Part shown: in pieces, positions 9,148 through 18,617 of the stretch | Layout of the letters: each line of letters begins with the position of its first letter | Position numbering within the stretch: the first letter of the stretch is position 1 | From: a candidate division WWE3 bacterium RIFCSPHIGHO2_01_FULL_40_23 | Lineage (GTDB): Bacteria; Patescibacteriota; WWE3; UBA101185; 2-01-FULL-41-18 | DNA: 64,000 nucleotides | Direction: 5' to 3' | Assembly (NCBI GenBank): GCA_001772615.1 | Contig: MEUZ01000003.1 | Location: 182,422 to 246,421 of the forward strand | Notes under the pieces: generated by a model | Database searches by the model: none | Told to the model about the DNA's origin: nothing | The model's input: the letters and a program-made list of their open reading frames with translations, nothing else | Position numbers and translations under genes: made by a program

Positions 9148-9207
9148 ACTGAAAGCTATTAAAACATAGACAGATATAAATGTAAGTGTATAAAATGAAC
9201 CCAGCTT

Positions 9208-10221
9208 ATGGAAAATTCTGAAGAAACTCCTGTAAAAGAAGTAAAAGAGGAAAAAAAGAAAAAGGGAAGCTTCCTTAAAAGTGTTTTTTCTTTCTTCTTA
9301 ACAATTGCGGTAATGGCGGGAAGCTATTACCTTTTTACAACGGTTTTTAAAAAAGAAAGAATAATACTGGTAAAAGAGTACGGAGAAGTTTTTTATAAAG
9401 AAGAAGATACATCCTACACACAGACCCTAACTGATGAAACGGAAATAAAAAATAAAACTTTCGTAAAGACTGAAGAGGGAGAGGCCCAGGTAACTCTTCC
9501 CGACAACTCGTTAATTTCACTTGATAAAAACACAGAAATTCAAATAAATTATGACAAAGACTCAACAACAATAAATCAGGTTATCGGAAATACCTGGAAC
9601 AGAATAGGAAAAACTCTTAAAAAAAGGGATTATTCGGTTTCAGCACCTTCAGCCCTCGCTACTGTGAGAGGCACTAAATACTGGGTGCAGGTTATAGACA
9701 TTAGCTACTCAAATGTGTATGTAATTGAAAACAAAGTGGAAACTAGCCAACTCCAAATTACTGATTCCATAAAAAGGGTCCTCTACACAACAACTGTTAA
9801 AAAAGGAGATTATGCAAAAGTCCCCGATCCTCTCACAGGAAAGCTTGAGGTATTTGAAATTCCGGATGAAATAAAAAATTCAGCCTGGTTCAGAAAAAAT
9901 ATAGGGATAGATAAAGAATTTAACAGGAGACAAAACGAAGATCCACTTAACATCCTTAAAAAGGTTTTTGTGATTAAGTTATCTCTTGCGGAAGGGCATA
10001 CAAACGAAGAGGTATGCGAGCAGGTTAAATACCCTGTGCTCATTGATATGTATTTGGACGTGCTTAAAGGAGTCGGCAAGCTTGATAGCGAAAAATATAC
10101 TTTCCTCAAAAGATATATGTCAGAAGTTAGCAGTAGTTGCAAAGATGGAAAATTAACTCAGGAAGAGATTAAAAGAATTGATAACATAACCTCAGGTTAT
10201 GACTTAGAAGACTTTGAATAA
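9208..10221 (+). CDS. membrane-anchored FecR-domain protein (anti-sigma / signal-transducer-like)
   Basis: N-terminal TM segment. The central segment KTFVKTEEGEAQVTLPDNSLISLDKNTEIQINYD...ATVRGTKYWVQV matches the FecR beta-rich pattern (T.eGea.v.LpDgS...GT.f.V). Confidence 0.45.
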   Translation: MENSEETPVKEVKEEKKKKGSFLKSVFSFFLTIAVMAGSYYLFTTVFKKERIILVKEYGEVFYKEEDTSYTQTLTDETEIKNKTFVKTEEGEAQVTLPDNSLISLDKNTEIQINYDKDSTTINQVIGNTWNRIGKTLKKRDYSVSAPSALATVRGTKYWVQVIDISYSNVYVIENKVETSQLQITDSIKRVLYTTTVKKGDYAKVPDPLTGKLEVFEIPDEIKNSAWFRKNIGIDKEFNRRQNEDPLNILKKVFVIKLSLAEGHTNEEVCEQVKYPVLIDMYLDVLKGVGKLDSEKYTFLKRYMSEVSSSCKDGKLTQEEIKRIDNITSGYDLEDFE

Positions 10222-10222
10222 A

Positions 10223-13200
10223 TCAGGAATTTTTCTTGTAGTAAATTACCCCTCCCACACCAAGTAGAAGCATTAACAAAAGAAGAAGCCACCATCTTAG
10301 TGAGAAGAGTAATCCTGGAGGCTCTGCTACAGGCTCCACTGCCGCCTGCACACCAAGGGTTTCTTCTTTCTGCTCTTCCTCTTTAACTTCCTCCTTTGGT
10401 TCTTCTGGTTTTTCCTCCTCGGGTGTCTCTATTACTTCGGGCGGTGTTACTGTAGTTGTTCCGGCAACTTGAGGGGCTTCCTCTTTGGGCGGGTCATGCT
10501 TGTCATTATTATCATCTTTGCTGTCTCTGTCAGGCGGGTTATCAGGTTCTGGAATAGAAATAGTTAAAGTGTCTGATGCAAAACTTGTTTCCACATTCCC
10601 TGCCTGATCGGTAGCCCTGGTTTCAAATGTGTAAGTGCCGGATGAAAGAGTGGGCGTGAAAGTAAAGTCTTCATTTGATTCATCAAAACTTCCGTCAGAT
10701 GCGATAGCTTGCACCCATGAACCTCCGTTTATTCTATATTCAACCTTAACTACATTCATCGCCGAATCGGAAGCTGAACCAGTATAAGTCGGGTTGGCTT
10801 TTGCTTCAGGATCAGGTGAATAAACATTCAGAAGCGAATTAGGTTCAGTTTGATCAACCCTTAAACTTGCAGAGGATTCAGGACTAAGATTTCCATTCGT
10901 AAAGAGAAGTAAACTGTCAAAACTTGTAAATATGGCAGCTATTTTAATCTCCGTAGCTAAGCTAAACGTAGAAAAACTTGGACTAAACCCCGTACTATCC
11001 TCCGCCCAGACAAAAACATTGTATAAACCCTCATTAAAATTGGTCGTAAATGTTGTTGCATTTCCTAAAGGTGTAGGCTCCACAGTCTCTGTCCCTTCAA
11101 CCCTGTACCAGTAATTGGAAATTCCCGAAAAAAGATCTGTTGAAGGGATAAAGGTCCAAAGCTGTGTTGTTAAATTGGTCGGATTTGTTGTGGTCGGTAC
11201 TCCAGGAGCAGATGGAACCTCACTATCTATAAAAAATGGACCCAAGTGAGCGGTAGAAGTCCAATTACCGGCATTATCCATAGTGGCTATATGGAAGTAG
11301 TTACTATTTCCATTTGGAAGAGAGGGGCTAGTCTCCTCATATAGATCGTCGGTTGTGTACTCTACGGATACAGGTCCTGTCATTGTGTCAGGCGAGGTAT
11401 TCCATTCAGTGTAAAAGCCAAAAACTCCCGAGCCTTCCACATCATCTCCCCCTTCCCATCCCACATCAACAGTGTTGTCAGAACTCCACGTTGACAGCGA
11501 GTGGCTTATTTCAAAAGGAAAGGGATCAATCGGAAGAGTTTTATCAAATAAAACAAAAGACTCATCGGTTGTACCTGTAACCTCGGGACCAGAAGTTTCA
11601 GTAAGATCGGAGTAATTGATAGAGAAAAATACAAGACCTTCCTGATCGGTATCTTTAAGGACATAAGTAGCGCTCCAGATATTTTTACCAAGATCTGAAA
11701 CAGTTACATCACTTTGGCCTTGTATGCTTACGGAAGGAGTTGAAAGGAGTGGTTCCGAAGCCATGAAAAGTAACGTGACAGTATCCGAAACCTTGGCAAC
11801 ATCTAAAAAATTAACATTATCAGAGAATATTGAAACATCCGTCAAAAAAGGCGGGCTGTTGATTGTAAAAACAGAGTCCGATATATCTGACACCGTATTG
11901 GTTCCATCGTTGACACTCACAATAACCTGAACCGTATCGGAATTCATAGCCGGGGCACTAAACGAGTAAAGACCGCTGTTGCCAAGACCTGAAATGATGG
12001 ATGTCGTTGTGCTTCCCCCATCGGTAGTGTAAAAAAGATCAACGGTTAAAATCTCCTGCTTAGCAGTAACGTCAGGATCAGAAGCCTCCCAAGATACATC
12101 AATGGTGTCACCTGCCTGATAAAATTCCCCTCCATTAGGCGAAACCACACTCACAGTTGGAGGCGTGCTGCTATAAGCGACTTGTACAGAAATATAGTCT
12201 ACAAATACGGTCTGTGAGTCCTTGGCAGGAGCTTCCCTTTTAACGGAATAAGCTACCCCGAAATCGGAAGAGTTAAGGATAGAAGGCGTTAAGGCCAAAC
12301 CCCAAAGGTCTGTGGATGAACCGTAAGAAGCAGTTGCATCAATGTTATTTGTGTATTCGGATCCGGCTGCCGTAACGGCTTTGTTGTCTCCTGCCTCTGC
12401 ACCCGATACCACAAGGCTTACGAACTCATCCCTCGTAGTATTATCCCTTGCAACACTGACAGTTCTTTCTATATTAACCTTGACACCCTCGATAACTGCG
12501 GTTGAAGGTATGTTTAAATTAAAGCCTGTGGCTACAAGATTTTCTGAAATATCATTGGTTGTAGGAAGTGCAACTGAAGCTTTGACATCATCGGATACAT
12601 AAACACTGACAACATTTGACCACTGAATTCCCGAACCAGAAACTGCTGAAACAGTAGGGCTGACAACAACAAACAAAGTAAAGTGATCAAGTCCGTTAAT
12701 TTCAACAACTTTTTCTTCTTTGACAGCTTCCACCCCTTCATCTACTCCCGTATAAGTTTCCCCGTCTTCCGAATACAAAACCTCAAGATCAGAAACAGGC
12801 ACCTCCTCCACTTTCCCATCTCCATTCTCATCAGGATAAGGAAGGGTCAGATTATACTCAAAACTCCCATTTTCCATATCCGAAGTTATCTCATATGCAG
12901 TATTGGAAACCGCGTTTAGTTCTGAAACCTCTGCATCAGAAAGATTAACTTCTTTTATTGTCAACTTCCCTGGGTTTGAAAGTTTAGTAAATTTAACCGA
13001 AACCTTTGTGTCTTTATATTTGTACTCCACCCCTTCCTTTACATCATCTTTTGTCTTTTCGGTCTTGGCATCAACACTCTCCCATAACTTCTCTTCTGAA
13101 TTGGGTTCTGTACTTTCATCAGTCAGAGCTTCGGGTTGATTCTGCACACTATTCTCTGTTTGTAGTGCACTATCTAAGGTTGTTTGATCTTCTGAAAGGC

Positions 13201-13624
13201 TTCCTTCAGGTACAACTTCTAAGGACCCTTCATTAGCCGCCGGTTCCGAATTAGCATCAGATTCAATTGACCCCACTGCCTGGGGAATTTCTTCAGGTTC
13301 AACTTCTTCACCAGTAACTTCCGTTTCACTCTGTGCATCACTTTCAGTAACCTCTGCATCAGAAGTTTCCTTCACTTGTTCCACACCTTCTTGAATAGAA
13401 GAATTTTCATCCTCTTTGACCTCTTCTTCACTACCGGAAGAAGTTTCACCGGATTCTTCTAAGTTTTCATCTTCAACTTTTGCTAAAGTTTCTTCGGTTT
13501 GAGAAGATTCTGGCACATCATCTGAAGCCAAAACGTAAGAAAGAGGATACAACGACTGAATTACCAGAAGTAACGAAAATAAAAGCGAAGAAGGTTTTAC
13601 CAGCCGCTTGACGAATTTGTTCAT
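10223..13624 (-). CDS. giant acidic cell-surface protein (1133 aa) with signal peptide, Ser/Thr/Glu-rich low-complexity N-terminal region, Ig/fibronectin-like repeats and a C-terminal Pro/Glu-rich linker, TM and basic tail anchor
   Basis: N-terminal signal-like segment MNKFVKRLVKPSSLLFSLLLVIQSLYPLSYVLA. Long uninterrupted ORF. C-terminus ...EPPGLLFSLRWWLLLLLMLLLGVGGVIYYKKNS. Confidence 0.7.
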   Translation of the reverse strand: MNKFVKRLVKPSSLLFSLLLVIQSLYPLSYVLASDDVPESSQTEETLAKVEDENLEESGETSSGSEEEVKEDENSSIQEGVEQVKETSDAEVTESDAQSETEVTGEEVEPEEIPQAVGSIESDANSEPAANEGSLEVVPEGSLSEDQTTLDSALQTENSVQNQPEALTDESTEPNSEEKLWESVDAKTEKTKDDVKEGVEYKYKDTKVSVKFTKLSNPGKLTIKEVNLSDAEVSELNAVSNTAYEITSDMENGSFEYNLTLPYPDENGDGKVEEVPVSDLEVLYSEDGETYTGVDEGVEAVKEEKVVEINGLDHFTLFVVVSPTVSAVSGSGIQWSNVVSVYVSDDVKASVALPTTNDISENLVATGFNLNIPSTAVIEGVKVNIERTVSVARDNTTRDEFVSLVVSGAEAGDNKAVTAAGSEYTNNIDATASYGSSTDLWGLALTPSILNSSDFGVAYSVKREAPAKDSQTVFVDYISVQVAYSSTPPTVSVVSPNGGEFYQAGDTIDVSWEASDPDVTAKQEILTVDLFYTTDGGSTTTSIISGLGNSGLYSFSAPAMNSDTVQVIVSVNDGTNTVSDISDSVFTINSPPFLTDVSIFSDNVNFLDVAKVSDTVTLLFMASEPLLSTPSVSIQGQSDVTVSDLGKNIWSATYVLKDTDQEGLVFFSINYSDLTETSGPEVTGTTDESFVLFDKTLPIDPFPFEISHSLSTWSSDNTVDVGWEGGDDVEGSGVFGFYTEWNTSPDTMTGPVSVEYTTDDLYEETSPSLPNGNSNYFHIATMDNAGNWTSTAHLGPFFIDSEVPSAPGVPTTTNPTNLTTQLWTFIPSTDLFSGISNYWYRVEGTETVEPTPLGNATTFTTNFNEGLYNVFVWAEDSTGFSPSFSTFSLATEIKIAAIFTSFDSLLLFTNGNLSPESSASLRVDQTEPNSLLNVYSPDPEAKANPTYTGSASDSAMNVVKVEYRINGGSWVQAIASDGSFDESNEDFTFTPTLSSGTYTFETRATDQAGNVETSFASDTLTISIPEPDNPPDRDSKDDNNDKHDPPKEEAPQVAGTTTVTPPEVIETPEEEKPEEPKEEVKEEEQKEETLGVQAAVEPVAEPPGLLFSLRWWLLLLLMLLLGVGGVIYYKKNS

Positions 13625-13723
13625 ATTACAAGGTTTTTAGACTATAAAAACCATAATAACCCACCACGCACCTTTGTCAAGCAAGTAAGTTTGACCGAAA
13701 TTAATCAGGAAAGCGGGTATAAA

Positions 13724-14449
13724 TTAGATATATTTTGTAACTTTGGATTTTAATCTTAAATCGTTTATCAAAGTAGAAATAAGCCCCTGCATCTTTTGTT
13801 CTCTCAACGCATTTTCGGCTTCTTTTCTTTTACCCTCATCATCAGCGGATTGAAGAGATCCTTCATACTGCGTTACAAAGGCATCAATTTCCTCTTTTGA
13901 GATTGTAACTTTTTCCAAAAGAAGCTTTTCCAAACCTATTTGAATAGAAACTCTCTCTTTTAAGGCCTCAAGAGTCATTCCTTGCTCAAGAAGAGCTTGA
14001 TCAAGGCTTGTTCCATTTAAAGTCTTTTCTATCTCCGATAGCTTTAAGTTTATTTCACTCTCTGAAGCCTCCAGACCATTTCGGGAAAGCTCTTCCTTTA
14101 TGAGAAGAACGGTAATCAAATCTTCAAGCGTCTGATTGCCGTATCTTTCAGTTAGACTTTTATTAAGATCTCTTGTATAGATGTACTCCCCATTTACTTT
14201 TGCAGCGACAAAGTTGCTCTTATATCTGTTTAAGATAAATCCCAACCCCACAATTAAAATAGATAAAAAGGTAAATCTTAAAATCCAGGATGAAAAAATT
14301 CCCGTACCTCTCTTAGTGCTGTCCGTTGCAGACGCCTTTTCAGGCTTTGCTATATCCATAGAAGCTTTAGAATTAGGCAAAACTTCCGCTATTTTCCTTC
14401 TTGAGGAACTTCCAGTCTGTTTTTTTTCTTCTTTGCTTTGCGTTCTCAT
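13724..14449 (-). CDS. membrane-anchored SurA-N-terminal-domain chaperone-like protein (PrsA/PpiD-like, no evident PPIase domain)
   Basis: TM segment followed by VNGEYIYTRDLNKSLTERYG...LITVLLIKEELSRNGLEASESEI, typical of the SurA_N / PpiC-associated chaperone domain. Confidence 0.45.
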   Translation of the reverse strand: MRTQSKEEKKQTGSSSRRKIAEVLPNSKASMDIAKPEKASATDSTKRGTGIFSSWILRFTFLSILIVGLGFILNRYKSNFVAAKVNGEYIYTRDLNKSLTERYGNQTLEDLITVLLIKEELSRNGLEASESEINLKLSEIEKTLNGTSLDQALLEQGMTLEALKERVSIQIGLEKLLLEKVTISKEEIDAFVTQYEGSLQSADDEGKRKEAENALREQKMQGLISTLINDLRLKSKVTKYI

Positions 14450-14489
14450 AATATTTATTACCAGGCCATATTAAACATAAATTACCTCC

Positions 14490-15740
14490 TTGGCAAATTG
14501 TCCTATATTAAGTATTTATGATAAATTCAAATACATGGTTTACACACCGGAAAAAGAGATTATAGAAAAATACGCAGATGTTTTTGTTAAATGCGCTTTA
14601 AACTCTGGAAAAGGAATTAAAAAAGGTGATGTTGTTTACCTTCAGGTAAGCGAATGCGCAAGACTCCTTTATGTGGCTTTAAGAAATTCAATCCTTAAGG
14701 CCGGCGGAACCACAATCACAAATTACATACCGGATGACACCGCACGGGAATACTACGAACTGGCATCTGAAGAACAACTTCGCTCATTTCCCAAAAAATA
14801 TATGAGAGGCCTTGTTGATGAAATTGATCATTCAATCTTTATTATCAGTGAAACCAATAAGCACGAGCTTGAGGGCTTAGACCCCAAAAAAATCATGACA
14901 AGAAGTAAAGCCTTAAAGCCTTATAAGGAGTGGAGGGATGAAAAAGAAAATAAAGGTAAATTTTCATGGACTCTTGGTCTTTATGCTACCCCCGCAATGG
15001 CAAAGGAAGCAAAGCTCACACTCAAACAGTACTGGAACGAGATCATTAAAGCGTGCTTTCTTGATGAAAAGGACCCCATCTTAAAATGGAAGGAAGTATT
15101 TTCGGAAGTAGAAAGATTAAGAAAAAAACTTAACAGCTTAAAAATTGAAAGACTTCACGTCAAAGGGGAGGGTGTTGATTTAATTATAGGGCTTGGTGAA
15201 GGAAGAAACTGGCTTGGGGGAACGGGAAGAAATATTCCAAGTTTTGAAGTTTTCATCTCGCCAGACTGGAGGCTAACTTCAGGCACCATAGAATTTAACC
15301 AGCCGCTTTATAGATATGGAAGCTTGATAGAAGGAATAAAACTCAAATTTGAAAAAGGCTTAATTACAAAAGCAATAGCCACCAAAAACGAAAAACTTTT
15401 GGCGGAAATGATAGCCACGGATGATGGTTCAAACAAAATCGGGGAGTATTCTTTAACAGACAGCAGACTTTCAAGAATCACTAAATTTATGGCGGAAACT
15501 CTCTTCGATGAAAACATTGGGGGCAAATACGGCAACACCCATATAGCAATAGGAAATGCATACCAGGATTCATATCCGGGGAACCCTTCAAAAGTGTCAA
15601 AGGAGAAGTGGAAAAAACTTGGGTATAACAAGTCTATTGTCCATACGGACATCATTACCACTACAAAAAGAACTGTAACCGCAACCTTAGCTAATGGTGT
15701 GGAGAAGGTTATCTACAAAGACGGTCAGTTTACAATTTAA
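14490..15740 (+). CDS. M29 family aminopeptidase (AmpS/PepS/aminopeptidase T-like)
   Basis: Family-typical N-terminus (EKYADVFVKCALNSGKGIKKGDVVYLQ), about 415 aa, Glu/His-rich C-terminal metal-binding region. Confidence 0.6.
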   Translation: MANCPILSIYDKFKYMVYTPEKEIIEKYADVFVKCALNSGKGIKKGDVVYLQVSECARLLYVALRNSILKAGGTTITNYIPDDTAREYYELASEEQLRSFPKKYMRGLVDEIDHSIFIISETNKHELEGLDPKKIMTRSKALKPYKEWRDEKENKGKFSWTLGLYATPAMAKEAKLTLKQYWNEIIKACFLDEKDPILKWKEVFSEVERLRKKLNSLKIERLHVKGEGVDLIIGLGEGRNWLGGTGRNIPSFEVFISPDWRLTSGTIEFNQPLYRYGSLIEGIKLKFEKGLITKAIATKNEKLLAEMIATDDGSNKIGEYSLTDSRLSRITKFMAETLFDENIGGKYGNTHIAIGNAYQDSYPGNPSKVSKEKWKKLGYNKSIVHTDIITTTKRTVTATLANGVEKVIYKDGQFTI

Positions 15741-15778
15741 AACTTGGGACTTTGAAGTGGATTCTGTAGAATAATCAT

Positions 15779-17071
15779 ATGAGGAAAATTCCTGCCCTAC
15801 TCCTTGTTGCCATTCTCATCTCCCTTTCATTTTTCATAAAATCTGAATCAAGAATTAAACCAGGCGTTAAAATTGGAAGTTTAAATCTCTCATACCTAAA
15901 AAAGGATGAAGCCCTGGAAAAGCTTTCAGTGCTTGAAACAAAACCTTTATATTTCAATCTGGTTAATAGAAGCATATCCCAGAATTACAATGAAATAGGT
16001 GTTTCGTTTGATAAAGAAACCGTTAATCAATTTATAAGGCAGTGTTATCTAAAATATCTTTGTCTTCCAAAACTCTCAAGAACGCCTCCTGTCAGCTCCC
16101 TAATAAAAATTGATAACAGTAAACTTGAGACTTTCTTAAACGAACTTAATAAAGACTTTCAAAAAAATGAGTTAGCCCCCGCCATCTCATTTGATGACGC
16201 AACATTTTATGCGCAGGCTCCTGATTCCAAATTTCAAATTGATAAAGAAAATATTAAAAAAACTCTCACACCAGAAGCCATCCAAAGCAAAGATCCCATC
16301 AGTATAAAAATAACGGAAATAAATCAGGGAAGTCTAAATCTTCAACATGAAGAAACGGATAAACTTATTGAAAAAATTACTTCCACGCCTCTTTTGATAA
16401 AGTACGGAAGAAATCCTGTTTACATTTATAAGAATGATCTCTCAAAATTTGTTGACACAAGGGTTGAGGATGGAAAAAAGATTGGCTTTTTAAACGAGAG
16501 CGCAATAAATGATTACCTTAATCTTTTAATTCAAAAATACAAAACAGACTTAGAATTAAATGACGACCATGCGGCAAAGTCCATAATGTACGCTTTATTG
16601 TACAGAGCAGGGGAGGAAAAACTTAACGAAGCAGTTATCCTTCCGCTTATAGGAAGGCCCAAAACCGACGGGAAAGTTCATGACAAATACCTTGAATTAA
16701 ATAAAAGCCAACAAAGGATTTTCACATTTGAGAACGGCGAGCTGAAAGAAACTTATGTGGTAGGGACCGGTCTCACAGCCGAAACTCCTTCGGGAAACTT
16801 TAGAATCCTGAAAAAACTAAGGATGTCTTTTTCATACTGGGGGAATTGGTATTTACCTTACATGATGCCGGTGGGGCAGTTTCCAAACGGAAACTATTTC
16901 GGAATCCATGAGATACCTTACCACCAGGACGCCTACGGAAACATCTACTCAAGAGACGAAAACACTATGGGAAGCCCAGCAACTGGAGGGTGCATTCAGA
17001 TGTACCGTGAAGATGTGAAAGAGCTATGGGATTGGGTTGACATTGGAACCCCGGTCATAATTACAGATTAA
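15779..17071 (+). CDS. secreted L,D-transpeptidase (YkuD domain) with N-terminal accessory domain
   Basis: Signal/TM N-terminus. The C-terminal motifs GTGLTAETPSGNFRI, GIHEIPY and TGGCIQM match the YkuD catalytic His and Cys motifs. Confidence 0.6.
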   Translation: MRKIPALLLVAILISLSFFIKSESRIKPGVKIGSLNLSYLKKDEALEKLSVLETKPLYFNLVNRSISQNYNEIGVSFDKETVNQFIRQCYLKYLCLPKLSRTPPVSSLIKIDNSKLETFLNELNKDFQKNELAPAISFDDATFYAQAPDSKFQIDKENIKKTLTPEAIQSKDPISIKITEINQGSLNLQHEETDKLIEKITSTPLLIKYGRNPVYIYKNDLSKFVDTRVEDGKKIGFLNESAINDYLNLLIQKYKTDLELNDDHAAKSIMYALLYRAGEEKLNEAVILPLIGRPKTDGKVHDKYLELNKSQQRIFTFENGELKETYVVGTGLTAETPSGNFRILKKLRMSFSYWGNWYLPYMMPVGQFPNGNYFGIHEIPYHQDAYGNIYSRDENTMGSPATGGCIQMYREDVKELWDWVDIGTPVIITD

Positions 17072-17117
17072 CATTTTGATAAAAAGGGTAACCTAGGGTA
17101 TCATTTGCGAGACTTAT

Positions 17118-18215
17118 ATGCATAAAAACTTAGCCTCCTATTTAACTCAAACCAAAAAAGCACTCATGCGTGAACTAGACTCCTATTTTAAGGAAAAGAT
17201 TAAGGAGTTTAGGCGAGAGCTAAAAGAAAGTTCATTTATAGAGCTTGTTGAGGAGCTAAGAAACATGTCGGTCAATGAAGGCAAAATGATAAGACCAACA
17301 CTTGCTTTGTGCACTTACCAGATGATAACTGGTAAAAAACTTACCAAAGATATAATTAGAGCAGCATTGTCACTTGAGCTTAATCATAAATTCCTTCTTA
17401 TCCATGATGACATAGCAGATAACGATAAAATACGATACGGGAAACGAAATATCATAGGCCTATATGAAGAAAGGTTCGCTAAATCCCACCCATCAAGAAT
17501 AGAACTTGCTGAAAGATACGCTCTCTCGGTTTCAATGGTAGCAGGAGATGTAAATCACACTTTTGTCTATGATATTCTTCTTAAATCAAAAATTAACGAA
17601 AAACTTAAAATTAAGCTAGCGAACACCCTTGGAAAAATAATGAGCGCTACTGCCAGGGGGTGGAAGGAAGAGTATGAATTTACGAACAAGGAAATTCAGA
17701 ACGTGTCAGAAGAAGATGTTATTAATAACCTTAAATACATAACCTCAAATTACACAACAGAAGGGCCTATTCTATACGGATATGAAATGTCCGAAAGCAA
17801 AAATTTAAAACTACTTAAACTTATAAATCAATACTCAATCCCCCTTGGGATAGCCTATCAAATAAAAGATGATCTCTTAAGTCTATTTGGAGAACAGGAA
17901 AAGATGGGCCAGGAAATAAAGTCTGACATTAAAGAAGGCAAAAAAACAATTCATTTGTTATACGCATACTCTAAAGCTTCAAAAGAAGAAAAAGAACTAA
18001 TCTCAAAAAATCTAGGAAATAAAAACGTGACTAAAGACGAAATAGATAAGATTAAAAAAATCGTAATTAAAACCGGTGCTAAAGATTATAGTGAAAAGGT
18101 GGCCAAAGATTTTATAACTAATTCCCTCAAAAGCCTTAAAAAAATCTCTCTTGATAATAAATACAAAAAGGTGCTCCTGGAACTTGCTTACTTTTCAATT
18201 GAGAGAGAAAAATAA
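17118..18215 (+). CDS. polyprenyl diphosphate synthase (trans-isoprenyl diphosphate synthase family)
   Basis: First aspartate-rich motif LIHDDIADND and second DD-containing motif IAYQIKDDLLSLFG. Confidence 0.7.
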   Translation: MHKNLASYLTQTKKALMRELDSYFKEKIKEFRRELKESSFIELVEELRNMSVNEGKMIRPTLALCTYQMITGKKLTKDIIRAALSLELNHKFLLIHDDIADNDKIRYGKRNIIGLYEERFAKSHPSRIELAERYALSVSMVAGDVNHTFVYDILLKSKINEKLKIKLANTLGKIMSATARGWKEEYEFTNKEIQNVSEEDVINNLKYITSNYTTEGPILYGYEMSESKNLKLLKLINQYSIPLGIAYQIKDDLLSLFGEQEKMGQEIKSDIKEGKKTIHLLYAYSKASKEEKELISKNLGNKNVTKDEIDKIKKIVIKTGAKDYSEKVAKDFITNSLKSLKKISLDNKYKKVLLELAYFSIEREK

Positions 18216-18216
18216 C

Positions 18217-18603
18217 TTAATGAGTATCTTTTTTAAAGAATGCGTCAACTTCAGTCACAATCTGATTGGGAAGATATTTAGCTTTAAGAAGGTAGCCATC
18301 GGCGCCGATCTTAAATGCTTCTTTGATAATTGATTCCTGGCCAAGATTTGTAAGAAGATAAATCGGAATATTCTTTAATTTCTCATCTTCATCCTTTCTG
18401 ATTTCCTTTAATACATCAATCCCGGTCATCTTGGGAAGCATAATATCAAGAAGAATAAGGTCAAATTTTTGCTTTTTAACTATGTCAAGACCTTCAATAC
18501 CATCTTGCACCCCAACTACCTCATAGCCCGCACCCTCAAGAACCTTCTGGTACAGCTCTCTGATAAAAATCTCGTCCTCAATAATAAGAATCTTCTTTTT
18601 CAT
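18217..18603 (-). CDS. stand-alone response regulator receiver (CheY-like)
   Basis: ILIIEDE...DLILLDIMLPKMTGIDVL...K receiver-domain signature, 128 aa, no output domain. Confidence 0.75.
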   Translation of the reverse strand: MKKKILIIEDEIFIRELYQKVLEGAGYEVVGVQDGIEGLDIVKKQKFDLILLDIMLPKMTGIDVLKEIRKDEDEKLKNIPIYLLTNLGQESIIKEAFKIGADGYLLKAKYLPNQIVTEVDAFFKKDTH

Positions 18604-18617
18604 AAGTTTATTCTACT

